A DNA stretch of 63,262 bases, the filler included, from Reclinomonas americana ATCC 50394 (lineage: Eukaryota): assembly GCA_048213135.1 (NCBI GenBank). It is 12 parts of 12 records of this genome, joined end to end, with 100 filler letters (N's around TTAATTAATTAA, not from the genome) between each part and the next. Parts side by side here need not be neighbours in the genome. Positions count along the whole stretch, not along the records: positions 1 to 6,719 come from AFZH01018892.1; positions 6,820 to 13,496 come from AFZH01018895.1; 10 more parts are not named here. One strand, given 5' to 3'. The notes under the pieces were generated by a model. It was not told the DNA's origin and did not search any database. It was given only the letters and a program-made list of their open reading frames with translations. Shown here piece by piece: positions 1 to 11,599 of this stretch (within the stretch, counting starts at the first letter, position 1; each line of letters opens with the position of its first letter). The translations under genes and the position numbers were made by a program.

Positions 1-47
1 TCATCGTTGTTTGGCTTTTCCCCTGCATCTCCCTCGTAACCACACAG

Positions 48-1701
48 ACGGGTGTGAGTGAAGCACCACGGGCAGCGGCCGAGCAGGCGGGCGCAAAGGT
101 CGCGGAGAAGAAAACACCGAAAAAGAAGAAGCGCGCTCGAGTGGTGGACGACGAGGGTGTCCCGACGGCGGCGGCCATTCCTTCCCACCTGAAGCACTCG
201 TTGATGGCACGTACGGAGTTTGCGGTGTTGCGACGCGAGCTGCAGCGTGAAGAACGACGAAAGAGGGTTCAGATGGATCAGGCACGTGCCATTTTTTCGA
301 TTGTTTTGGCGTCGTCGGTCGCACTGACAGTTGCGCACGAGTAGGCACAAGTTGTGGCCGCCGGCGATGCAGGAGTGGTGGAGAGTTGGTTTTCGATTGG
401 AGCCAGTCGACCGACAGAGCTGGTGCGCTTGAGTCTGGAGATGGCCGACCAGCAGCTGGAGGTCACCGATCCGAGTCAAGCCCGCATGGAAAAGGAGGTA
501 CACGATGTGTTGCGCCGGTACTCCTCCATGCTGTCGAGGTTACGCGGTACGGGTGAATCAACGGGCGACGGTGGCGAGACCGCGGGCGACCTCTCCACCG
601 CCACCAAATCACGCAAGCGCAACCGAGATACCGACGAGGTCGACAATCCGTTTGCATCCAGCAGCGACGAGGACGGCGATGATGACGACGGTGGAGACGA
701 GGAGGACGAGGAGGAGGAGAGGGGACCGCGTTTTGGTCGCCGAGGAAGTGGTGGTGGTGGTGCCAGTGCGACAGGAGCCTCCGGATTTGGTGCCTCGTCG
801 CGGACAAAGGATGACGACGAAGCAGAAGAGGCGTTTGCTGACAGCGACGAAGAGACGCAGGCCACGGCGCCGCAGCAACAACGGCCACCGCAGGAGTCGC
901 AACGGCATCTGCTGTCGGAGGAGCTGACAGAGGAGGACGACGAGGGTCTCGACCAGTATTTCCTGGACGAGCGAGAACGCAATGCAAAGCTCGCACTAAT
1001 CCTCGCACTGCACGGCGACTTTCTGCAGCGGCTACAGCAGCGTTGCGTTTGGCGATCACTTCTTTGTCCTTCAACCAGCTGACATTGACTGAGTTATTTT
1101 GGCGCGCAGAACGTGAATCAGGAGCTCCGACACGGAAAAGACGGAAGACGGCTGCCGCGATTGCCGAGGGTGTTGCCGCTGGTGGTGCTGCCAGTGGTTC
1201 GGCTGCCGGTGGTGGTGCACCATCGGCTGTGGGACCGCGCCGTCCCAAGACCAACAAGCTGAACTACAACAAACTGGCGACTCTCGGTGCCGACAGTGTC
1301 ATGTTCGACAGCGTAGCATCGTCACACGCGGGCGGGTCTGGTGCGGCAGCGGCGGCGGCGGCCGCGGCAGCCATGGCTGCTTCGCATTCTGCAGTCGACA
1401 ATCCCGATGCCATCCGCGTGAGCAGCGTCGGTCTCTCACGCCAGGGACCATTCGGCAAGAGTTGCAATCCTCCTCCCCCTCTCTTCACTGTTCACTCGTC
1501 GCTTCTCTCATCAGTGCATGTGTGCGCACAGTGGCGTGGCAGCAAGCCGAGGCAGAGCAAGACATGGTGTACGAAGAGGAGGATCGTCACGATGCCGACA
1601 TGGGAGGCGACGATGTTGGTGGTGGTGGTGGTGGTGGTGACGATGCATTTGACGGGGATGGGTATGAAGATTTCGACGGTGGTGGCGACTTTGACGACTG
1701 A
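48..1701 (+). CDS. BRF1 (TFIIIB subunit)-like C-terminal region, 5'-truncated by the window, intron-containing
   Basis: Spliced product contains DDEGLDQYFLDERERNAK..LHGDFLQRLQ and TNKLNYNKL, resembling the Brf1 TBP-binding homology blocks, followed by an acidic tail. Introns 282-344, 1042-1109 and ~1455/1461-1531; stop TGA 1699-1701. Confidence 0.6.
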
Positions 1702-1742
1702 GACAGACAGACAGTGTACACGGATAATTGGCTTGTTTATCT

Positions 1743-4700
1743 TTACGCACGGTGGCGAACACAGCACGACAGCAGTCGCTTGGCGGTCGACCAGAGAGCT
1801 GTTCCACGGTCCGGTGCCTGCAGAATTGGGACCGAGTCGCGCCCGTCTTCCACTGCGCGCACACACACACAGTTGAAGTGAGTATTACTAGTGTGCACGC
1901 ACCACGCGCACATGGACGGGAGTCTGTCTGTGTGCACCTGGTTGCTCTCGGTGTTCGCGAGCGGACACTATTTGCAGGCTAACAACTGCCACGCCTTGTG
2001 AGCGCGACAGCCGAGGAAGTCGTAGTGGTAGCCGGATGTGATCCAGCTCTTTCTTCTGTTGCCTGTCGGTGACCATCTGCACGCACACGAGTGAGTTAGT
2101 TTGTGCAGCGTGTGGCATTGTGTGTGTGTGTCGAGTACCTTCTCCAACAGGGGATAGAGATCCAACACACACTCTCCAAGCAGTGCCGAGCGCAACCACG
2201 ACTGACGTTCCCACGCTTGGACGCGGAGGCGCGCGCGAATGGCATCATTCGGCCACTTGCACTCGAAGCACAGGCGGTAGTTGAATTCACTGTTGCCGTC
2301 GCTGCCGAAGTGCACATCTGTGCTGTGCTGCTCGCCGTTCCACATGGCACTGCCTTGCACAAATACATCACTCAACCTCTGCATGCAGTTGTTGGCAAGT
2401 CAGTGAGCGGGTCAGCCACATCCGCGTAGAGGAGTGCACAACGCACCGCTTGTCGTCCGAGTGGCGTATCGAGCACCGACCAGATGGTGAGACGAATGTG
2501 AAAGAGCTCACTCATGACTGGAGTGATGGCTGTTGTCGGCCATTCCGCCAGTGCCACAGCTTGTGGAAGCACATCTACGGCCAGCACAATTGCTCCTTGG
2601 GCTTCTCTTGATGTTTTGTTGATCAGTGGCCTCACTTCGACTGGTTTTCGCAGTTCATCGCACCATTTGTCACTGTGGCCGTGCGTGTTTCGTGAGTCAG
2701 TAGAAGCAATATTACAGAGGTCAGAGTCTCTCTACGCAACATGCGCAAGCGATCTTCCAGCTCGATGATTGTGCCACCAATCAGGTCGTCAAAAGCCGAG
2801 TACGGCAAGTCCGAATTGCTGGCCACCTCCACACGCAGCTGCTCGCCGGGCAAGATGATCGGCACACAGACAGTGGCCGTCAGCAGCGGTGATTGTTCCC
2901 TGGTGGTCTCGGCCGGCATCACTGACTGCTCACGCAGATACACCGTCGAGCCTGCATGTCGCATATGAGAGAGAGAGAGAGGAGCAAGTGGTGACAAGAG
3001 AGACAGGCACACGAACCGGGTGTGCTTCCATCGCCGGCAATGACGCGCACGTACGGCCGCAATTCAAGTGGCGAACTGTTGGATGGCGGTCGAATGTTGA
3101 CAAGACGGAATACGCGAATTCGCGCCTGATACAGTCGAGGAACCCAGCGCTCAGTCAGTGGAGTCACAGACAAGTGCGCATCAACTGGAGACGGCCGTCG
3201 ACTTGATAGTCGAGTGACGCGGACCAAGCACTGAGCGGAATATCAGTGATGACTTTGCAAGCTTGCAATTTTTCAGTCGCTCGCACGTACCTTGAACTCG
3301 CCAGCCGACACCAAGCGCTGTGGAAGCGTACAGTGAAATGCATTCACTGAGCGCCGTTCAGTGTCGCCGTGACCACCGTCGTAGGGGAGGCCACTGATGG
3401 AGACAGCCGTAAGTCGCAATGAACGGCTAGCATGCTGGAGTTCGAGAATCACCAACATACCGATACAAGCGAATCGTTTGCAGTGGATCGGGGCAGTGCC
3501 ACTCAGGTGATGCCTCCAGAGGGGTCGACACGATTGCACGTGGTGCTGCGTTATTCATACACATTCGTTCGTCAATGGTCGACAGCGGGTAATTTGGAAG
3601 GCACTGACGGCATACCGTATGCATCTTCAGCCACCACTTCGTGTGTGACGTGGCGAAGGATCTCCTGCAGTGAGTCGCTTCCAACTTGCCGATCCACTGC
3701 GGTGCCGAGAAGAGTCGTCTCGTCGAGCGACACGGCATTGACTGGTGAGTCGAGGTCGATATCTACCGCTTCGGTGCGATCCTCGTTGTGTTGTTGACGA
3801 GGGTGCCGTAGGCGCGTAAACCCCACGGCTGCTACGGAGCCGTCGACGGTGTCGCGCACGAGCACCTTCAAGTAGGTCTCGAATGGACCGCTCTTTGGCA
3901 GTGGTGCCTCCAGCGACATACTCTGCGTGCACGATAAGCTTCAGAAGCGAATGATGATATAGCTGCAGATTACGTACCTGCAACACAAAGTGTGCAAACT
4001 TGGCTGTTGTCGGCGTGGTAACTCGAGTGATGGGCGCAATGGGAGGGTCATCAGTCGGGGCTAATCTGTGGTCGCGCTCGCCCGGATCGCATTGCACTTC
4101 GAATTCGATCGATGGTCTCCTGACGCCGACTCGCTCCAAATCCTGCTGATGCCTCCTGTATGACCTCATATCGACCAGGCGGATGGCATCGATTTCCACG
4201 CGACATTGCTGCGATTGTGTACACAGTGAGGTCACACAATATGTGTTGCAAGGAGTGTGCTGTGAATGACACTGACCACTGTGCGCGGCTGCAGGGTTTT
4301 AGGCAGGCGAATACGGCGCGCCTCTGCCACCGGAATCAGTTGGAACGAACACAACAAGTCTCCAGCACCCGTGCTGTGATGACTCTGCAGTGTGCGCCTG
4401 CGAGAGCCGAATGAATGAGTTTGCATTTTTCTTGCTTGTCGTTCTGCGCCACCACTCACCAACTCGGTGTTCCGGAGAAGCGTCGTGGCAAGGATGCAGC
4501 CTGAACAGTGAATGATCCGAGCAGCAAGCGATGACCACCAGACACGTCCTCGTGAAGCACCTGCGTTGATTGTCATCAGCGAGGTGTAGGTGACAGAAAC
4601 CCCTTGCATTATCACCAACGCAACATTGATGTGCACAGGCGGCGCATCGGCCAAGTTACGAGGCAACAGCACGTCGGCCTGCAGTGTTTCGAACCACGAA

Positions 4701-6719
4701 GGGTAGAGCGAGAGCGGAATGGTACGTGTGCGCTTCTGAGTGGCACACCCAAAGCTGATTTCCACGAATGCGTTACTCAAGCCGCACTCCAGCACAGCCG
4801 AGAGACCACGCGCTTGGTAGACGTGCAGCCGGAAGTCGTACATGTACTGCGGCGTGGCATACAGCGGCAATGGTGGGGGAACTGCTCCGTAGTGTCTGGC
4901 ATGCCCGCACATAATTCTGCAGCACAAGTACGCAGGTGCCACATGCCCGGTCGACAACAGTGACATGTCGTCTTCCTGCGTTTGCAGCAGATCGCTGCGC
5001 ACGGGAATCCACATGATTGGGTGGCGCAGGTGCGACGCCCACGGATCAAACCACACATCAGCCGCCTGTTTGCATGTGCACACATTCAATCGCATAGCCA
5101 TGCAAGCTTGCACGGGAATGTTAACTTCACACCTTCATGCGCACACTGCCGATGCGTCTCTGGTATCCAATGCGCACCGCATACACATGAATGAAGATGT
5201 CGGGAGTACTCTCTCGGTCCGACGGAAACATGACGTCCGGTAGTGATAGATCCTGGTCACTAAAGTCCACGATGCCATGCTGTGTAGCGCATCAAAGTGT
5301 GAGATGCAGAGTGTGCGCACAGCGAAGAGAATGAAGGCTCAACACACCCTGGTACTTCGCAACGACGACTGTTTTCTCTCGTGGCCCCAGCTGACCTCCA
5401 ACATGACGCGGTCCATGCCTGACGGGAAGCTCATGCCCTGTGCAATGTACACTGACAGAAAGTACGGCAACTCCCGTGGTTGCAGTATCGGTTCCACTCT
5501 GTCAACCGTACTCTGCAGCAACAGCAAGGCGCACGTGAGTCACATCGGGTGCGAGTGCATGTCACAGGCGATCGTCGACGCTCACCGTCAACAACGTATT
5601 TGGCGGTCGCGGATCTTTGGAGGACTCAAACGAAAGCAACAGCTGACCGAAGTACTCCATCGGAGCCTCGATTAGGGACTCTAGGCGAGCATGGTGCTGC
5701 CGAAACAGCCTGCAGAGCAGTCACTCATTTGTGTCACTCACCACAGCAGCACGACTTCCGCAGAGACACACACCTCTCTCTCCACGCCTGGTCAAGCGGG
5801 TATCCGTACAGTGACACCCAGTGCGGCTGCTGTGCAAGGGGGTTGGAGGTGATTTGATCCACGCTGAAATACACCACAGCCAGCGTCTCAATGTCCGTCA
5901 TGCGTGTCGCGCGCATCTTCTCCAGCACCGAATGGCGCTGACGGACGCGCATCTCCACCACGTCCACAAAGTGTGGCAGCAGTACGGGCACGTTCAGCTG
6001 CTGTCTGATACTTGCCACACGGTCCACGCACAACACCGGTGTCGTCGAGACAAAGTTGGACTCCCACGTCACATCCACAGCCACGTTGCTCTCGTCGTGC
6101 CCTGCCATCGCATCAGTCAGCGAGTTGTTCGTGAGAAGTGCAAGTGACTCGTCGCCTCACCGTCTCCAGTGTAGGGCATGTGTCGAGCTTCGTGAATAAC
6201 AAAGTGCAAGATGTGCCAGTGAAAGGCGAGTTGCGACGAGTTGAGGCACTGCAGTCGCGTGTCCATGTCGAGGTCAGCCACTTCGGAAGCATCCTGTCTG
6301 TCGTCGGCCAGCATGTCGATGAACAGCTCATCGCCTCCCAGCTGCTCCGTGATCAGCACAGTGATACGCACAAAGCCCTGCGTTTCTAACATGTGAGGCG
6401 GTGCGAGTGGTGGAGCCGAGAGAAATCACACGAGAGTCACCTGCGGTTTCTGCTGAGCTGCGACGGCCTCCGCTTCCACATCGCCAGTATCTGCATCGGC
6501 AAAGAGAGCCACCCACTTTTTGTCGGCAGTGCCACACCCAGCCACAATGTCCTCCACTCTCAACTCGCATCCTCCGATGAGGAGATTTCTGTACTCACGA
6601 TGCGATGAGGGAAATGCCTCACACACGCGACGCAGAATGAGGGAGAAAGGGAAAGAGAATCGCACCGATAGGGTGTCGCTGTCTCATACACGCGCAGCTG
6701 AAGCGAGTATCCCTGCAAT
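1743..6719 (-). CDS. Ferlin-like multi-C2-domain protein (N-terminus runs into the gap; many introns)
   Basis: Ferlin-type motifs: QQPHWVSLYGYP; YDFRLHVYQARGL..GLSNAFVEISF..LYPSWFETL; IGGTIIELEDR..KPVEVRPL; STDVHFGSDGNSEFNYRLCF. Likely last exon ends SCCVRHRA-TAA at 1743. Confidence 0.75.
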
Positions 6720-6819
6720 NNNNNNNNNNNNNNNNNNNNNNNNNNNNNNNNNNNNNNNNNNNNTTAATTAATTAANNNNNNNNNNNNNNNNNNNNNNNNN
6801 NNNNNNNNNNNNNNNNNNN
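6720..6819. other. Artificial contig spacer (N-run + TTAATTAATTAA + N-run); identical spacers near 13497, 16395, 30788, 32521, 34238, 40137, 51737, 54100, 58261 and 60290
   Basis: Identical ~100-nt structure carrying stops in all six frames. Confidence 0.98.
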
Positions 6820-7169
6820 CAGAAAAAAAGGACGGAGAGTTGTCTGTCAGTCCTGCGATCAGCAAGTAGGAACTTCATAACAACATCTTTAATTACCCAA
6901 ACAGCAACACAGCTGCATGTATGATGAGGAAAACATACAGGAGGGAGTGTAGGAAGAATCAAGAGGTGGCCATGGTGCACTCACTAGTCAGAAGTCATAG
7001 CTGAATTCACAAAAAAAAAGATCGCCACGAGAGAGCTCGTACTGAAAGTCGGTGAATTCGAGACTCGAAGGGGAGGGAGGGGGCAAAAGAGAAGAGAGAG
7101 GAAACGAGATGCGGCAACAATGTGCGACACATGCATACGCAGCGCGCGCATATGCATGCACAGAGAAAA

Positions 7170-10100
7170 TCAAAACGAGAACAAATACATCTGCGATGCA
7201 AGCGCGGCAGCCATCACCTTGGTGCCATCTCCGCTCGAGGCCACTTTATTCCAGTTGCGATTGGAATTATTGGGCGTCCACGTCACACCAGAGTCGGTTG
7301 AGTTATAGACCTGACCGCCGTATACCACAGCCACCAACTTGGTGCCGTCGTTGCTGGAGGCCACTGTATACCAGCTGCGATTGGAATCGCGAGCCGTCCA
7401 CGTTACGCCGGAGTCAGCGGAGGTGAAAATATTACCACCAAACTCAACAGCCACCAACTTCGTGCCATCGCTGCTGGAGGCCGCTGCAAGCCAGTTGCGA
7501 CTGGACTCATGCGCTGTCCACGTCACACCAGAGTCGGTGGACGTGTAAATCTGACCATAGTTTTCGATAGCCACCAACTTGGTGCCGTCACTGCTGGAGG
7601 CCACTGCATACCAGCCGCGAACGGAATCGCGAGCTGTCCACGTTACGCCAGAGTCAGTGGAGATGTAAATGAAATCAGCATACGCAACAGCCACAAGTTT
7701 GCTGCCGTCACTGCTGGAGGCCACTGCCTGCCAGGGGCGATTAGATTCGCGAGCCGTCCACGTCACCGCCGAATCGGCCGAAGTGTAGATCTGAGAATCA
7801 GTGATAGCCACCAGCTTGGTACCGTCACTGCTGGATGCCATTGAGTACCACTGGCGATTGGTGTCATGCACCGTCCATGTCGAGCCAGAGTCAGTGGACG
7901 AGTAGATTTCAGTATTCGTCCCAGCAGCCACCAGCTTAGTGCCGTCACTGCTTGAGGCCACTGCTCGCCAATCGCTGAGCCCCCGGAGTCCTTGATCTTG
8001 AACTCCTGTCCACGTCACGCCAGAATCAGTGGACATGTACATTTGCCCAGTTTGCACCGTAGCCACCAACTTGGTACCGTCGTTGCTGGAGGTCACTGCA
8101 AACCAGTTGCGAACAGAACTGCGAGCTGTCCACGTTACGCCAGAGTCAGTGGAGGTAAAGATCTGTCCACCCGTCACCGTAGCCACCAGTTTCGTGCCGT
8201 CGCTGCTCGAGGCCACTGCTTGCCAGTTGCGATTGGAGTCACGAGCCGTCCAAGTCACACCAGAGTCGGTGGAGGTGAAAATCTGACCGCCATTCACAAC
8301 AGCGACCAGCTTGCTGCCGTCACTGTTGGAGGATACAAACAACCAGCCACGACTGGAATTACGAGCTGTCCATGTCACGCCAGAGTCAACAGAGGTGTAG
8401 ATCTGACCATTGAACACAGCAGCCACCAGTTTCGTGCCGTCACTGCTGGAGGCCACTGATCGCCAGGTGCGATTGGAATCACGAGGCGTCCACGTCACAC
8501 CGGAGTCAATGGATGTGTAAATCTTATTACCACTCGCAACAGCCGCCAACTTGGTACCATCACTGCTGGAGGCCACAGATCGCCAGTTGCGACTGGAATC
8601 ACGAGCCGTCCACGTCACGCCAGAGTCGGTGGAGGTGAAGATCTGACCAGATTGCAGTGCAGCCACCAACTTGGTGCCGTCAGTGCTGGAGGCTATTGAA
8701 TACCAGCTGCGACTGCCAGCGCTAGCACGGACCGTCCACGTCGCACCGGAATCAGTGGAGGAATGGATCTGACCGGGGTTCGAACCAACCACCAGCTTGG
8801 TGCCATCACCGCTGGAGGCGACGCAAGACCAGTTGCCAACAAACCCAAGCGCAAACGTCGGGACGCCGTTGCTGGTGCTGCACGTGGACCCTGTTCACGA
8901 CAAGCAGCAAGTGAGCGCAGTGGATACACAAAGTGCTATGGTGCGCGCGCACACAAATGACATCGACTGCACCACTCACCACTCCAGGAACTTGTGCACA
9001 GGCAAGTGCCATCACTCTTGCACGTTCCGTGAGTCGAGCAAGTGATGGTGGGACTGCAGTTGCAACTGGCGTTGGTGTAGTCACCAGTGCACTGACAAGT
9101 GCCGTCACTGTTACACGTTCCGTGACCAGAGCACGTCGCAGTGCGACTGCAGTTGCAGTTGGCATTGGTGTAGTCGCCCGTGCACTGACAAGTGCCGTCA
9201 CTCTTGCACGTGCCGTGGCCGGAGCACGTCGTCGCCGCCACGCAGTTCACATTGCACGATGCCCCGTAATAGTTGGGAGCGCACTGACAAGTACCGTCAC
9301 TCTTGCATGTTCCATTGCCGGAGCAGGTGGTGGCCGCCACACAATTCGCAGTGCACGATGCACCGTAATAATCAGCGTCACAATGACAGGTGCCGTCACT
9401 GTTGCACGTTCCGTGAGTCGAGCAGGTGACGGTGGGACTGCAGTTGCATTCGCTGTTGGTGTAGTCGCCATCGCACAGACAAGAACCGTCAGTTGGATTC
9501 ACTGTGCCGTGACCCGAGCACGGTGCGCACGTGTTGATATCCAGCGTGTAGAGCTGACCGTCGTATTCACCCGCCACCACCTTGCTGCCGTCGGCGTTGG
9601 AGGCCACCGCAAACCAGTTTCGATTCGAATCGCGAGCCGTCCACGTCACGCCCGAGTCGCTCGATGTGTAGATCTTGTCGTGACCGACAATAGCCGCCAG
9701 CTTTGACCCGTCGCTGCTGGAGGCCACCGACCGCCACAACCGCGCCGACTCGCGTGCCGTCCACGTCACACCAGAATCAGCCGACGTGTAAATCTGGCCA
9801 CCGTATGTGACCGCCACCAGCTTGACGCCGTCGCTGCTGGAGGCCACCGCCACCCACGGACGGTTGGAATCGCGGGCCGTCCACGTCGCGCCCGAGTCAG
9901 TGGAGGTGTAGATCGCACCGTCGCGCACAGCCGCCACCAAGCTCGCGCCGTCGCTGCTGGAGGCCACGGCAACCCACTGGCGCTGGGACTCACGAAGCGT
10001 CCACGTCACACCGGAATCAGTGGAGGTGTAGATCGTGTCACCGACGGCCACAGCCACCAGCTTCGTGCCATCGTCGCTCGAGGCCACTGAGGACCACGCT

Positions 10101-10650
10101 TGCGCGGACCCGCGTTCAGTCCATGTCGCGCCCGAGTCGGTGGAGGTGTAAATGTTGCCGTTGCAGAACACACAGGCCACCAGCTTCGTGCCGTCGCTGC
10201 TGGAGGCCACACTGACCCAGTATCGATCGGACTCGTGCGGCGTCCACGTCGCACCAGAGTCGGTGGAGGTGTAGATGCGGCCGAACTCGACCACGGCCAC
10301 CAGCTTGGTGCCGTCGGCGTTGGAGGCCACCGACCACCAAATGCGCTTCGACTCGTGCGGTACGGCGGTGCAAGTGGCTGGAGTACCACCGCTTCCATTA
10401 TCAGCAGCTGCGCACACACAGGCGGTATTCGACAAAAGTGAGATTGGCATTAATTTGGAGGAAGGGACGTGCCCATCACACTGACTGTCTCATCGCCCCG
10501 TGAAACGCAACGAAATTCAATGGGTGGTGCGCTGTGAGTGTGGACGACGGGCGCCGTCACGGCCATGACCACCGGCAGCAACATGGCCAACATCACCAAG
10601 GCGACGGGCACACTGGTCCACGACATCTTGATGGTTGTCTTCGAGCTCAT
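7170..10650 (-). CDS. Secreted Asp-box (BNR-type) beta-propeller repeat protein with six EGF-like repeats
   Basis: Signal peptide (VPVALVMLAMLLPVVMA); 7 repeats WxxVASSSDGTKLVA..GQIYTSTDSGVTW; 6 EGF-like CSGHGTC..DGTCQC units; then 14 more repeats. Two introns (~10408-10480 and 8891-8979) join the ORFs in frame. Confidence 0.85.
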
Positions 10651-11599
10651 TGTTGATTGTTCCTTCCTCCAGGTACTGCAATGCGCGCAGACGCGTAAGT
10701 GAGGAGAAGAAAAGAAAAGAAAAATGTCACAATTGCAAAAAAAAGCGCGCCAAGTTATTGTGCCGTTGCACCACCAACTCAAACAAAACAAAAAAGAAAA
10801 CAAGTGCGGCAGGTGCCCAAGTCAACGCTGTACCCCTGCCGACACAATGCTCACAGGTGGTAAGACGTGCTAGTGTGCGTGTATGTGTGCTATCTTGTGC
10901 ATCGTGCAAAGCTCGAGTGCAACATGTGCGCTGCTGTGTACGCGCGCGCGCGCTTCGGTAGCCTGTGATTATAACGTGCTTGTTGACTATATCGCAGAGA
11001 GTGATGCACTTCTCACGAAACAAAACCTCTTACCGCTAAGAAACTCACCACACGTTATGTCTCAGTCACAGTGGAATGCGTTCTCGTTGCGAGTGCGCAC
11101 GACACAAGATAAAGCTAAGAAAAAAGGAAAATGCGTGCGCCAAAAGTCATTCCGGATCCCAAACTAGGTGGTGGCTCCATATGCATGATTCCACCCGCCA
11201 TCCTTTGACACGCAACTGTCGCCAACAGACGGAGTGGTGAACATCTCTGCTTCTTACACACATCATACGCCCCCTCATGCCAATATCACTGCAGCTGCTG
11301 CTCCTCGTACACGTACCTCTGAAAACACACTGCAACTCCGGATCCCCCATTGTGACACTGCGGTCACGCACAAGGCACGAAGCGTAACCGCACCCTGGAA
11401 TGCTGAGTGACAAGAGCACACAAGGCAACATGAGCCAGGCACCATCTTGGAATGGGATTCGAACATACCTCACGTTTGTCGCGATCGTGCGCAGCATACG
11501 TCAACCGGCATCGCCATCTCTTGTACGCAGTGCACCGGCAGTGCTTCAACGAAGCAAAAAGACTGCGCGCTGCGGCGAGTGGCAAACTCAGACAAAAAA

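Noticed and set aside
6764..6775. Recurring palindrome TTAATTAATTAA (11 copies) as a repeat or recombination site
   Set aside because: It is always centred in N-runs, so it is an assembly spacer with six-frame stops.
8933..9706. Long antisense ORFs opposite real genes (also 36295-36978, 56681-57574)
   Set aside because: These are shadow ORFs expected in GC-rich coding DNA and have no recognisable motifs.
7200..10340. Regular ~114-nt DNA repeats as a CRISPR-like array
   Set aside because: The repeats keep an open frame, vary at third codon positions and encode Asp-box units.
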